A stretch of 64,000 bases of DNA, from contig NC_079165.1 of the NCBI RefSeq assembly GCF_947568905.1, positions 23,808,001-23,872,000 of the forward strand, given 5' to 3'. The DNA is from Ostrea edulis. Taxonomy: Eukaryota. The notes under the pieces were generated by a model that was given only the letters and a program-made list of their open reading frames with translations, was not told where the DNA came from and did no database searches. Positions within the stretch are counted from its first letter, which is position 1; each line of letters starts with the position of its first letter. The translations under genes and the position numbers were made by a program. Shown here in pieces: positions 51,908 through 61,782 of this stretch.

Positions 51908-52613
51908 GTTCATCCACTCACAGTCCTTCCTATTCCCAATAGCACAAGGAGGCTATGAATAAATTAGATAATATTGTGGGTTGTCAATGTCTTTAAATGT
52001 CTTTTGAAGGTCACTGTGAGATCTTCGTTTCACTATTATGACTGTAGCCATGTTTATACAAACTTAGGATGATCTTAGGACAAGAGTTATGCTGTCCTAA
52101 AGTTAGGATGAACTTAAGAAGTGTCCTAAATTTAGGAAAGCTTCGAGAACCTGACTTAAGACTAAGACGTGTCCTAGGACATACTTAGGACATATCTTAG
52201 TCCTAAGATAGCTTCGTGAACATGCCTGCTGAAGTGTAGATTATCGTGACGTATTATTTCATTATGGTGTCATATATTCTCAAGTGTATCGAGGTGATTA
52301 TCTATGCAACACACATGGAGCCTTACCTTGACTAGATACGCAACCCAGAGTAAATGTTAAAATATCATCTTTACAATCTTTTCAATGCCAAAACCCTTCC
52401 ATTTCATAAACTCAGGCCCCATAGCGACCTAGCTAAATACATACGGACTATGAATTGATCAAAATCGATTATGGAGTGCATTGCAAATAGAGAAAATGCA
52501 CGTCTAATCACATGAATACCAGGATTTTGAGTTCTCGTAAATTTTTCATTTTGGGAGAAACAATTTATAAAAAGTTGAAAAGAAAAATACTCTCCAAAAG
52601 AGAAATAAACTAC

Positions 52614-52682
52614 TCACGTATGTAGCTTTTCATTCTTTCCAGACTGTCTGCCAACAACGAAAGCAGAAATAATTGCGAAGAC
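52614..52682 (-). CDS. Tetraspanin last coding exon
   Basis: VFAIISAFVVGRQSGKNEKLHT*; acceptor tttttcAG. The AC|GTGAGT overlapping the stop could alternatively be a donor. Confidence 0.8.
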   Translation of the reverse strand, partial: VFAIISAFVVGRQSGKNEKLHT

Positions 52683-55600
52683 CTGAAAAAGGTAGCCTAC
52701 AATATAAACTGTAAATCTTGTAAGATTCACATTTATTCCATTTTCCCTTAACATTCTTACTGACTGAAACTGAAGGTTAACATCTCACAAACTTTAAGTT
52801 TATAAGTAGACTGATCACTGTGTATGAATAAACCTTACCAAAGGAGTGCAACACGAATTTATTATCAAAATAGAATTCAAATGATCGAAATGCAATCACA
52901 AGTAATGTCTTTCAGTTTTTAAAGTGCATTTTTTTTTATTGTGATGATATATCTCAAGCCCTTCACACCGACCTATATTTCAAATTCAATACGCCACTTG
53001 AAGTGGTTAGAGGTAATATCCTGTCATGCTTTTATTTCAAAATCTGAAAGTGCATTTGTTGTGCATTATATCTTGTTATGGGCATGTAAGTTCACTTCAT
53101 TAATATTAGGTAATTAATAGAACTGTTGTAGAGATAGCAATGGTATACAATGGAGACTGAAGAATATAGGAAACTCTGAACAATCATAAATAGCTTCCCA
53201 TCATCTTTACCTCTAAAAGCGAAATAGTAATCGCAACAGCTAGGACACGAGGGGCATTGTCCGTTATCTGGTCATTCAACAGGTCCTTTATAGCTTGATA
53301 ACAACCCTTAATAAAAAAACAATCAAAACAGAGTAGCTTGTGATGCAATGTTAATGGGAAAAGATGTTCAGAATATTACAAAGCATTTTCTTGAAACGTA
53401 AGAAGTGTTCACTCTGAAAGACGAGATGAACTCTTTCATTCTCTTTCTCTTTCTCTAAAATAAGCATTATCAATTTACATACTGATGTTTTACATAAATG
53501 GCAAGATGAGATGCGCTCCAACGAAAACAGAGTAGTTTGATACAGTATGTAGAGCATTCTTTTAAAATTAATAAAAGATGTGTTAATCTCTCGTCAATTG
53601 ACATATTTTGTGAAAGAAATTGATAAAACCTATAAACTCAGCAACATTTATATTCTAATTTATCATAGTGTGTTTTACATGTCCGAATGAGATTGCTAAA
53701 ATAGCGAGGAATAGAGAGAAATTTGAATGTTTCCCATGCATGATTCCCTCTCTTGTCAGTTTCGTATAGTCATTGTTAATACCTTTTTGTTATATGTTTC
53801 TCTTTGGAGAGAGTAATAACATTTTGTCGGGGCGGATTTGTAAGTACTCTCTGTGACCCCGATACAACAGGTCTTAGGAATGTCTGCGTTGGTTTCCTGA
53901 CAGTCTCCTTTAGTCGTGCACCATGTAGTCTGGTCAAAATCATTTGTTGTAGAGTTTACAGGATTTACGCCACAGCAGTCCAGCTATATTCAGTGAAAAT
54001 TATGAAACTATTTGTAAATTGCCGAATAGTGCCGAATACTCCAAATAGAAGATTTGAAAAAAGAAGAAGTCATTACACCCGAAATAGAGAATGATGGAGG
54101 ATTGATACATTTCAATACATTGCAGTATGCAAGGTGAAGATAACGAACAGTGATCAATATCGTAACTCCTACAAGCAATACAAAATAGATAGTTGGGCAA
54201 ACACGGACCCCTGGACACACCAGAGGTGGGATCAGGTACCTAGGAGGAGTAAGCATCCCCTGCTGACCGGTCACACCCGACGTGAGCCCCATATCCTGAT
54301 CAGGTAAACGGAGTTATCCGCAGTCAAATCAGTGTGCCAAGAACGGCTTAACAATCGGAATGAAACATGCTATTCTTTTCGTTAGAAAATTTAACAATTT
54401 CAAACTTACTGACATAAACATGATATTCCATGCATTAGATATGTCGTTTCCTCCATCTGTCGAATCATCCACAAACTTTGTCTTCAGGGACTCTAGAAGA
54501 TGAGATTTAATCTCATTTTCAATCTGAAAATATCAACCAAGCGTGATTCATCAAGGAATGCAAGTACAAAATAAAGGGTTACAGGTACTACCGAGTGACA
54601 AAATGGAGGAAGATAGTCGATACTCAGGAAATATGTCACGAACTTATTTATATGGTTTATTATTTCTAAAACCGCGTTCATGTCACGAAATTCCTCTGCT
54701 CTTCTTCTATATTCAAATTAAATGAAATAACTTGAAATTTATAAACCCCCAACCAAATAGGTGTTCATGAAATTGATATTTCCATGCATTTATGATTGAG
54801 TGAAAATACGAAGAAACACAATGATATGTGATTAAGAATTCTGTTTTAAAATATTTCAAGACCGAGGAGCTTATCCTGCATCATCCACGAAAGTAAGAAC
54901 TTTATTTGTATTTTACAACGACTCAGAAACATAACAGCCAACCGTTTACTTATACAGCAACAAATTAGGTCATCGTGACGTCATGGCAGTTTTAGAAACG
55001 GACTAGGCTTACATGTTTTTTCTGACGAAGAAGGTGAGGTGGTAGGGTATATTAGAAATATTTTGAAAACTATTTAGTTTGATGTTGACAGATTATGTCA
55101 ACTGCTTTGATTACACAGTCGAAGAAAACTACACATGTGTGGACAAGAAAACTACAAATACCTGGACAAGAAAACAACACATGCGTGGACAAGAAAACTA
55201 TGCATACATGGACAAGAAAACTTTACATGCGTGGGCAAGAAAATTACACGTGCGTGGACAAGAAAACTATACATGCTTGGACAAGAAAACTACACATGCG
55301 TGGACAAGAAAACTACATATGCGTGGACAAGAAAACTACACATGCATGGACAAGAAAACTATACATGCGTGGACATGAACACTACACATGCGTGGACAAG
55401 AAAACTACACATGCATGGAAGAGGGCTAACTTGTTTGTCAACTCTATTGTTGTATTAGCAAAATGAAGAAGTGCAAGTGAGATGTGTATCAATTTTCTCA
55501 TAATCAGTTATTTCGTATGAAGTAAAACTTATACGGTACCAATTTTGATGCACCAGATGCGCATTTCGACAAGTAATGTCTCTTCAGTAATGATCATCCA

Positions 55601-58600
55601 AAATGTTTGAAATCCGAAATAACAATAAACTTTTAGAACTATTATAGGAAAAAACAGAGTGCCAAAAAAGTAGAGTCAAATTCGTCCAAGGATAAGAGCT
55701 ATGCATGAGGGAGATAATCCTTAATTTTGAAATGAATTTCTAAATTTTATAACAGCAATTAAATATACATCCGTATTTTCAAGCTAGTAACGAAGTACTT
55801 AGCTACTGGGCTGTAGAGATCCTCGGGGACTAACAGTCCACCAGCAGAGGCCTCGATCCAGGGGTCATAATGTAAAACTTATACGGTACCAATTTTGATG
55901 CACCAGATGCGCATTTCGACAAGTAAAGTCTCTTCAGTGATGCTCAACCGAAATGTTTGAAATCGGAAATAACAATAAACTTTTAGAACTATTATAGGGA
56001 AAAACAGAGTGCCAAAAAAGTGGAGTCAAATTCGTCTAAGGATAAGAGCTATGCATGAGGGAGAAAATGAAGGTATATCGCAGAATGATGATCGCGGCAT
56101 TATTTTGATCTTTGCAATAACCTTGGTAGAATTATATATCATGGATATTTTATGTATTGAGTGATCTTAAGCAAGTGTATTTCTATTTTCAGAAATGTAG
56201 TTGCTTTCATAAATACTAGTTTTCATACATAAACTTGTTCGATGACTCATTTTATCAAGGAAATACTGTACATGGAATGTGTTCTAGTGCTTCCATATTG
56301 TAGTTCATATCTTCCCTGTCAGAATTCACATTTATCAACAAAACTATTTTGAAATTTTATCAACTATTTTGATCTGGTAGTAAAACTGGCTTTCATACAT
56401 ATTGCAAATGTGATACGCGCTCTCTGTTTCTGATGTTCTAAAATATATAATGTGACATATATAAACTATCACACACATTTCTGGAATGTGACATATATAA
56501 ATATCAAACACATTTCTGGAATGTGACATATATAAATATCACACACATTTCTGGAATGTGACATATGTAAATATCACACACATTTCTGGAATGTGACATA
56601 TATAAATATCACACACATTTCTGGAATGTGACATATATAAAATATCACACACATTTCTGGAACTCGGGAACTTTGTGTATTGACTCAGTAACACTTTCCT
56701 CAAGGTACCGTGTAGACCACAGGAGTATAACTATTGTTAGTTATTACGTCATTTCTCATGATAAACCACAGGATAATTTAAAGCACTATATACTTACGAG
56801 ATTTCTATGGATAAACCACAGGGTAATTTAAACCACTGTATACTTACGATATTACTATGGGTAAACCACAGGATAATTTAAACCACTATATACGGACGAT
56901 ATTTCTATGGATAAACTACAGAATAAACTAAACCACTATATACTTACGATATTTCTCTGGGTAAACCAAATGGCGATATTCATTGTTACTTACGCCATTT
57001 TTCATGATATACCACAGGATTATAACCGCTATCTTCATTAGTAACAGTAATAGTACCAAGACTGCGTACTGTAATGCAAGATTAAGAATTTAAGTATAAT
57101 AGTTACACGTTTCTTTTCCTATCTCTCTCTTCCTCCCTTCTCTTCCCCCTCCCTTCTTACTATCTCTTTTTTTTTTATATATGTATTGTGCTTTTCAGCC
57201 TATCTGATCAATGAAATACAAAATAACAATATAGTTGCGATTTTAGCAAGTGTTTAGTTTATATAATTATATAGAAATTCACAACAAATACACACATTTG
57301 ATTATACCTTGTTTCATTTATGTGTACATTTTGATAATTTGCCATTAAAGTTTGAAAAGTGAAGATAACAAACAGTGATCTATCTTAAAACTCCTATTAA
57401 GAATACAAAAACTAAAGTAGGGAAAACATAGACCCCGGAAACACCAGAGGCAAGATCTGTGTAAGTCTTCCATGTTGACCGGTAACATCTGATCAGGTAA
57501 TCGGAGTAATTCGTAGTCAAAAGTCATATATAAAGAACGACCTAACAGTTGGTATGAAACATTCAGAAAGGTTTGACCTAATGACAGGTTGTGTTTGCAA
57601 ATAATATTAAAACGGTCATAGAATTTTGAAAATACTGACTTTGACTAAATGAGTGTATTGAAATCCCTGTAGCATCAACTTATTTGTTAGTAACCTATCT
57701 TGACTTATATATAAACACTTGATCATACGCAGTACATGCTCTCGCGTATCGAGGAAGTTGGGGGACATAAACACCTCATGCAGGTGGTAATGGAATATTG
57801 TTAGATAAATATGGGAAGTTGACGACGGAGAAGCTGCGTAAAGTGAGGTTTCTAATTTGCCGCCAATGCCTATCCAGGGACGAACCAGAATTAAAAAATC
57901 CAGGGAGATCATCATTTATACTCTCAGTCATAAAAATCAATTTGCTAAACACTACTCTGATTCCACCTACAAATACTCTGAAGTTCCGTTTATTTGATGG
58001 AAATAAACGGCTCAGTGTGGGTTTGACGGGTCGACAGGATATGCTTACTTCTTCTAGGCACCTGATCCCACCTCTGGTATGTCCAGGAGTGTATGTTCTT
58101 AATTTTGCATTCCTTATAGGAGTTAGGCGATTTATCACTCTCCTTTATCTTCATCTTTTCATTAAAAAGATGCGGAGTTTCTTATTAACAATATCTAAGT
58201 TTTTAATAATCAGGTCTTCCAACAGTATGTTGGAATTCCAATGGGCACGAATTGCATTACTTTATTACCTGACCTATTTTTTTTGTATTTTTATGAGGCA
58301 GACATTATTGGAAAGCTTCTACTTCAGAAAAAATCTCTTACTGTGGCCTTCAACTCAACATTTGGATACATTGACGACGTATGCTCATTTTAATTCATAT
58401 GTCGATTGGATATATTACAGTGAAATCAAAATAAAAGCCACCTGAGTCTTTCAAATCTGCTTCATACTCAGATATTCTATTGAACATAGAGGTTAACGGC
58501 ACACTAACAACTCAACTTTATGATAAAGGGGATTACTTTAGCTTTTCAATCGTCAAATTGCCTCATATATGTAGCTACATTCCATTTTCAGCTGCATATG

Positions 58601-58767
58601 GGGTTTTTGTCTCTCAACTGATTTGGCACTTGGGGTGTGTTCTGCATATGAACAGTTTTTGAATCGAGACAGGTTACTGATAAATACGTTGATTTTATAA
58701 GGGTTTCAATAGCCTTGATTAAACTCAGCATTTCATGAATTCTATAGTCGTTATATTGATCTAATTT

Positions 58768-58827
<60 letters not shown>

Positions 58828-59681
58828 CTATTGTTAGGTCTAATGCTGTCTGATGTGTTTCATACCAATTGTTAGGTCGCTCTGTACATACATATTTTGA
58901 ATACGGATTACTCCGTATACCTGATCATGATATAGGGCTCACAGCAGGTGTGCATGACTGATCAATAAGGGGTCCTTACTCCTTTTATGCACCTGATCCC
59001 ACCTCTGGTGTGTCCAGGGGTCCGTGTTTGCTGTGGTCTAAATGTGTAATTCTTTATGGTATTTAGGAGATTGAACACTTCATTATCTTTACTTTTTCGT
59101 CTATGGATACAGTGTTCGGTATTGTCCTGGTATTATACATCACGAAATGCCAATGTACCATTGTAAAGTAGTTCACATGTTGAACAGATAGTTAAACTAC
59201 CAAAGCTGATAAACGGTTTTAATTTTATTTCATCGGACACAATATCCACTTGAAATACTTACCGTAACAAGCACGCATCTATTTTGGAAAAAAGCACCAA
59301 AGAATCCAAGAAAGGCCACCAAAAAGAGAAAAACACCGATGAAGATGAATATAATTGTCAGGCTGCCCACTAGGTTTCCCAACTTCCAGTCGTTCACAAC
59401 TATACCGTTCAGAACAGCTTTGATGTCGTCTTTAAGTCCCAATACATTTGATTTCATCAGCGCACCAACTACCAGTAAACCAAGTCCAATGACCTGAAAC
59501 ATTAACCGTGCTGTTAACATTGTTTCATACTATTGCTTTTAAAAAGTACTCCAATTTGTTTTCTCCCAAAATATTTCTTTTAGGAAAGGTGTTGATGCAG
59601 TTGACAAATAATTACCATGAATACAATGTTAATGGACATCAGAAACAGCCGCCCAATTTTCCCACCACAATTGAGAGTCAT
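52614..59681 (-). CDS. Tetraspanin family protein, about 283 aa, 7 coding exons
   Basis: join(59681-59616, 59493-59263, 57068-56994, 54523-54410, 53983-53783, 53306-53211, 52682-52614). All introns are GT-AG and phase 0. Four TM segments; large loop has CCG (LDCCGV), the PxxCC motif (IPKTCC) and GCY. Only the 59493-59263 exon appears in the ORF track. Confidence 0.93.
53211..53306 (-). CDS. Tetraspanin coding exon 6
   Basis: GCYQAIKDLLNDQITDNAPRVLAVAITISLLE; donor GAG|GTAAAG. Confidence 0.9.
53783..53983 (-). CDS. Tetraspanin coding exon 5 (CCG loop)
   Basis: LDCCGVNPVNSTTNDFDQTTWCTTKGDCQETNADIPKTCCIGVTESTYKSAPTKCYYSLQRETYNKK. Confidence 0.92.
54131..54368 (-). mobile_element. Penelope-like 3'-terminal segment in a tetraspanin intron
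   Basis: High identity to the family 3' end; it produces the spurious ORF 54008-54292 (MLTPPRYLIPPLVCPG). Confidence 0.85.
54410..54523 (-). CDS. Tetraspanin coding exon 4
   Basis: IENEIKSHLLESLKTKFVDDSTDGGNDISNAWNIMFMS; donor TCA|GTAAGT. Confidence 0.9.
55110..55420. repeat. 23-bp minisatellite, about 13 copies
   Basis: Unit GTGGACAAGAAAACTACACATGC; explains the three overlapping ORFs at 55079-55466. Confidence 0.95.
55550..55593 (-). ncRNA. Minimal type I hammerhead ribozyme, copy 1 (weakened stem I)
   Basis: Minus strand reads UCAUUA CUGAAGA GAC AUUACUU GUC GAAA UGCGCA UC UGGUGC. Core intact; stem I has 5 bp with two G-U pairs. Predicted cut at 55556|55555. Confidence 0.75.
55900..55943 (-). 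ncRNA. Minimal type I hammerhead ribozyme, copy 2 (better stem I)
   Basis: Minus strand reads GCAUCA CUGAAGA GAC UUUACUU GUC GAAA UGCGCA UC UGGUGC. Stem I GCAUCA/UGGUGC, core CUGANGA and GAAA, stem II GAC/GUC, palindromic stem III AUGCGCAU. AUC cleavage triplet predicts a cut at 55906|55905. Confidence 0.85.
56440..56660. repeat. 35-bp minisatellite, about 6 copies
   Basis: Unit GTGACATATATAAATATCACACACATTTCTGGAAT. Confidence 0.93.
56740..56970. repeat. 50-bp tandem repeat resembling the 3' end and donor of tetraspanin exon 3
   Basis: tacttacga.attt.ctatggataaaccacagg.taatttaaaccact.ta with period 50. Confidence 0.88.
56994..57068 (-). CDS. Tetraspanin coding exon 3 (TM3)
   Basis: YAVLVLLLLLMKIAVIILWYIMKNG; acceptor ttacAG, donor GGC|GTAAGT. 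Confidence 0.88.
57352..59100. mobile_element. Composite Penelope-like cluster in tetraspanin intron 2: copy F (-, about 57352-57890), inverted 3' end (+, about 58010-58160), and RT + 3' end copy G (+, about 58190-59100) split by (TA)n
   Basis: Decayed GIPMG region (ggaattccaatgggcacgaattgc), atacattgacgacgt (YIDD), LTTQLYDKGDYFSF and AYGVFVSQLI, plus three family 3' ends. Confidence 0.78.
58770..58823. repeat. (TA)n microsatellite inside Penelope-like copy G
   Basis: Uninterrupted TA run. Confidence 0.97.
59263..59493 (-). CDS. Tetraspanin coding exon 2 (TM1-TM2)
   Basis: VIGLGLLVVGALMK...LVAFLGFFGAFFQNRCVLVT; donor ACG|GTAAGT. Confidence 0.92.
59616..59681 (-). CDS. Tetraspanin coding exon 1
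   Basis: MTLNCGGKIGRLFLMSINIVFM; donor ATG|GTAATT; acceptor 15 nt upstream of the ATG. Confidence 0.88.
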
Positions 59682-60024
59682 CTTGAATATTGTAATCTGT
59701 TTGGAAAACAAAATGAGGATATTTATGTGGTTTTAATATATTTTTACTATATAAAAGTTATATGAGTTAGTACTAGAATTTAAAAGAGGAGTACTGGATC
59801 AAATACTTATTACAAAAGAAATGACATCTTTAGTTCGTCTTGCGCACATTAAACATTTTCGTTTATCTGATGTTGAAATATGCAAAACTTATGGCTATCA
59901 AGAATGGTGTATTATATTTACACAACGTGTGACATAATATCTGCTGTTCAGAGATTTAGTTCACACATTCCATGTATACACACATTAACAGTCCTCCAGA
60001 AATAGAATTATCTTTAAACCGTTA

Positions 60025-60200
60025 CCTCTCCAGTAAAAAGCGGTCAGAAATTGGAATACACAGGTTTAAATCATGTGCAGTAATAAAACGATATCCCGAA
60101 AGCTCTAGACACTTCAGGAAACATGCATTCCTGAAACGGTAACAAACGCTAGTCAAAATCGATCGCGGGGAAGTCCCATTGATAAAATATAACCAAGATT
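60025..60200 (-). promoter_or_regulatory. Candidate non-coding first exon / promoter of the tetraspanin
   Basis: Donor GAG|GTAACG at 60025 in a CpG-containing patch about 330 nt upstream of the coding exon 1 acceptor. Confidence 0.4.
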
Positions 60201-60714
60201 AACACACAGTTTCGGAAGTTACCTATTTTGTTTTACTTTTTGTGAATAAAAAATATCCGTGTCTAAAATTAACTTGAAAAAGTCTAAAAACGCTTTGCTT
60301 GTGCAAGAAGTAAGAAAATGGAGATTAAATATTTAGTGATATATTCGGATGAATGTAAAGTTATAATTGGATACAACATTAGGGTTGTATTCAATAAACA
60401 TTGAGGCCGCACCCGGAATTAACCTGGGATTGGACCAGTATAACGTTATTTTCACATGAACATATACACCCGGCTTGTCAACCAATAAAAATTATCTCAC
60501 AAGCTACGTTGGAAAGATATTAGTTTTCAAGGGTGTATGGAAATGCAACCCGGGTTGTATTCTATACACTTTGACGACGCAAGCTGAAGCTTCTATGGAA
60601 TGTAACACGGAGTAAATCTCCGTACATCCTTGATTGACCCGGGTGACGAATTTTTTGTATGTAATCAAATATTACATGCAATAACATACCAAACACCAGT
60701 AAAATCAGTTTGCC

Positions 60715-60945
60715 CAGCTATCTATTTTGTATTGCTTATAGGAGTTATGAGATTGTCATTGTTCGCTATCTTCACCTTTCCTTCATTAATTTACTAAGTG
60801 AAATTTCCATAATACTAATATTCAATAATGTTTTGCCATTAATATAAGCCAGGGCATGTATTTGATATATTCTGAAAAATATATATGCGATACATGCTTA
60901 TAGGAGTTATGAGATTGATCACTGTTCGTTATCTTCACCTTTCAT
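60715..60945 (+). mobile_element. Two very short Penelope-like 3' tips
   Basis: ctatctattttgtattgcttataggagttatgagatt...ttatcttcacctttc at about 60715-60780 and 60895-60945. Confidence 0.7.
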
Positions 60946-61249
60946 CCAATGTGTTGGAGGTCTGGGAGTCTAAATCTTGAATGCATGTATTTCATCTTTG
61001 TGAGATTTAACTGTATATTATAAAGTAACAGGTAACTTTAATTGTATAGCTAGTAGAGACCTGATACTTGGACACATGTATAAGCCTACCTTTCTCTTAA
61101 CATATAATGAAGATCAAGGTGATATCTTAAGATTAAAGGCCAACTATGCGTCATTCGCCTTATTTGTCATTTTTCCCAAATCATATTTTCTCAAAAGTCC
61201 AAAAATATTAAAAATCCTAGGTTGGATTTTCTTTATTTTAAAATGTATA

Positions 61250-61782
61250 TGACAAACGGGATGATTTCAGCTTCTCCATCGTCAACTTCCCATATTTGTG
61301 TAGCAATATTCCATTATCACCTGCATATGGTGTTTATATATCTCAACTGATTCGATATGCAAGAGCTTGTTCTGCGTATAGTCAGTTTTTAAATCGAGGT
61401 AAGCTACTGACAAACAAGTTGATGGTACAGGGGTTTCAACAGTCTCGATTGAAGTCAGCATTTCGCAAATTCTATGGTCGTTATAACGATCTAGTTCGTC
61501 AGTACAACCTCGTATTGGGCCAAATGCTGTCTGACGTGTTTCATACCGATTGTTAAGCCGTTCTTGGCACACTGATTTTGACTGCGGATAACTCCGTTTA
61601 CCTGGTCAGGATATAGAGCTCACGGCGGGTGTGACCGGTCAATATGGGATGCTTACTCCTCCTAGGCACCTGATCCCACCTCTGGTGTGTCCAGGGATCA
61701 GTGTTTGCCCAACTATCTATTTTGTATTGCTTATAGGAGTTATGAGATTGATCATTGTTCGTTATCTTCGCCTTGCATCAAT
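61250..61782 (+). mobile_element. Penelope-like retroelement 3' portion, best-preserved copy
   Basis: ORF 61296-61556 (CSNIPLSPAYGVYISQLIRYARACSAYSQFLNRGKLLTNKLMVQGFQQSRLKSAFRKFYGRYNDL...VFHTDC*) followed by the complete family 3' end. Confidence 0.85.

Larger units (their letters stand above)
51277..52228. mobile_element. PIF/Harbinger-like TIR element
   Basis: TIR CAGGCATGTTCACGAA(A/G)CT with tcctaagat/ttagga subterminal repeats; 3-bp direct repeat CTG. Carries a retrozyme fragment and a (TA)n tract. Confidence 0.65.
55523..56064 (-). mobile_element. Hammerhead-bearing tandem repeat (non-LTR retrozyme-like), 350-nt unit, about 1.5 copies
   Basis: Direct repeat with 350-nt period (aaaacttatacggtaccaattttgatgcaccagatgcgcatttcgac at about 55524 and 55874). 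Each copy has a complete minimal hammerhead core on the minus strand. Confidence 0.82.

Noticed and set aside
54008-54292. ORFs containing MLTPPRxLIPPLV (also 47422-47616, 57798-58445)
   Set aside because: Translations of the non-coding 3' end of the Penelope-like family, not host genes.
55079-55466. Three overlapping repetitive ORFs (HAWTRKL / GQENYTC)
   Set aside because: A stop-free 23-bp unit opens all three frames; it is intronic and antisense to the tetraspanin.
61560-61782. SECIS element or hammerhead in the Penelope-like 3' end
   Set aside because: No CUGANGA/GAAA core, and no UGA/GA quartet with a pairing helix II and apical AA could be built by eye; SECISearch3 and cmsearch would settle it.
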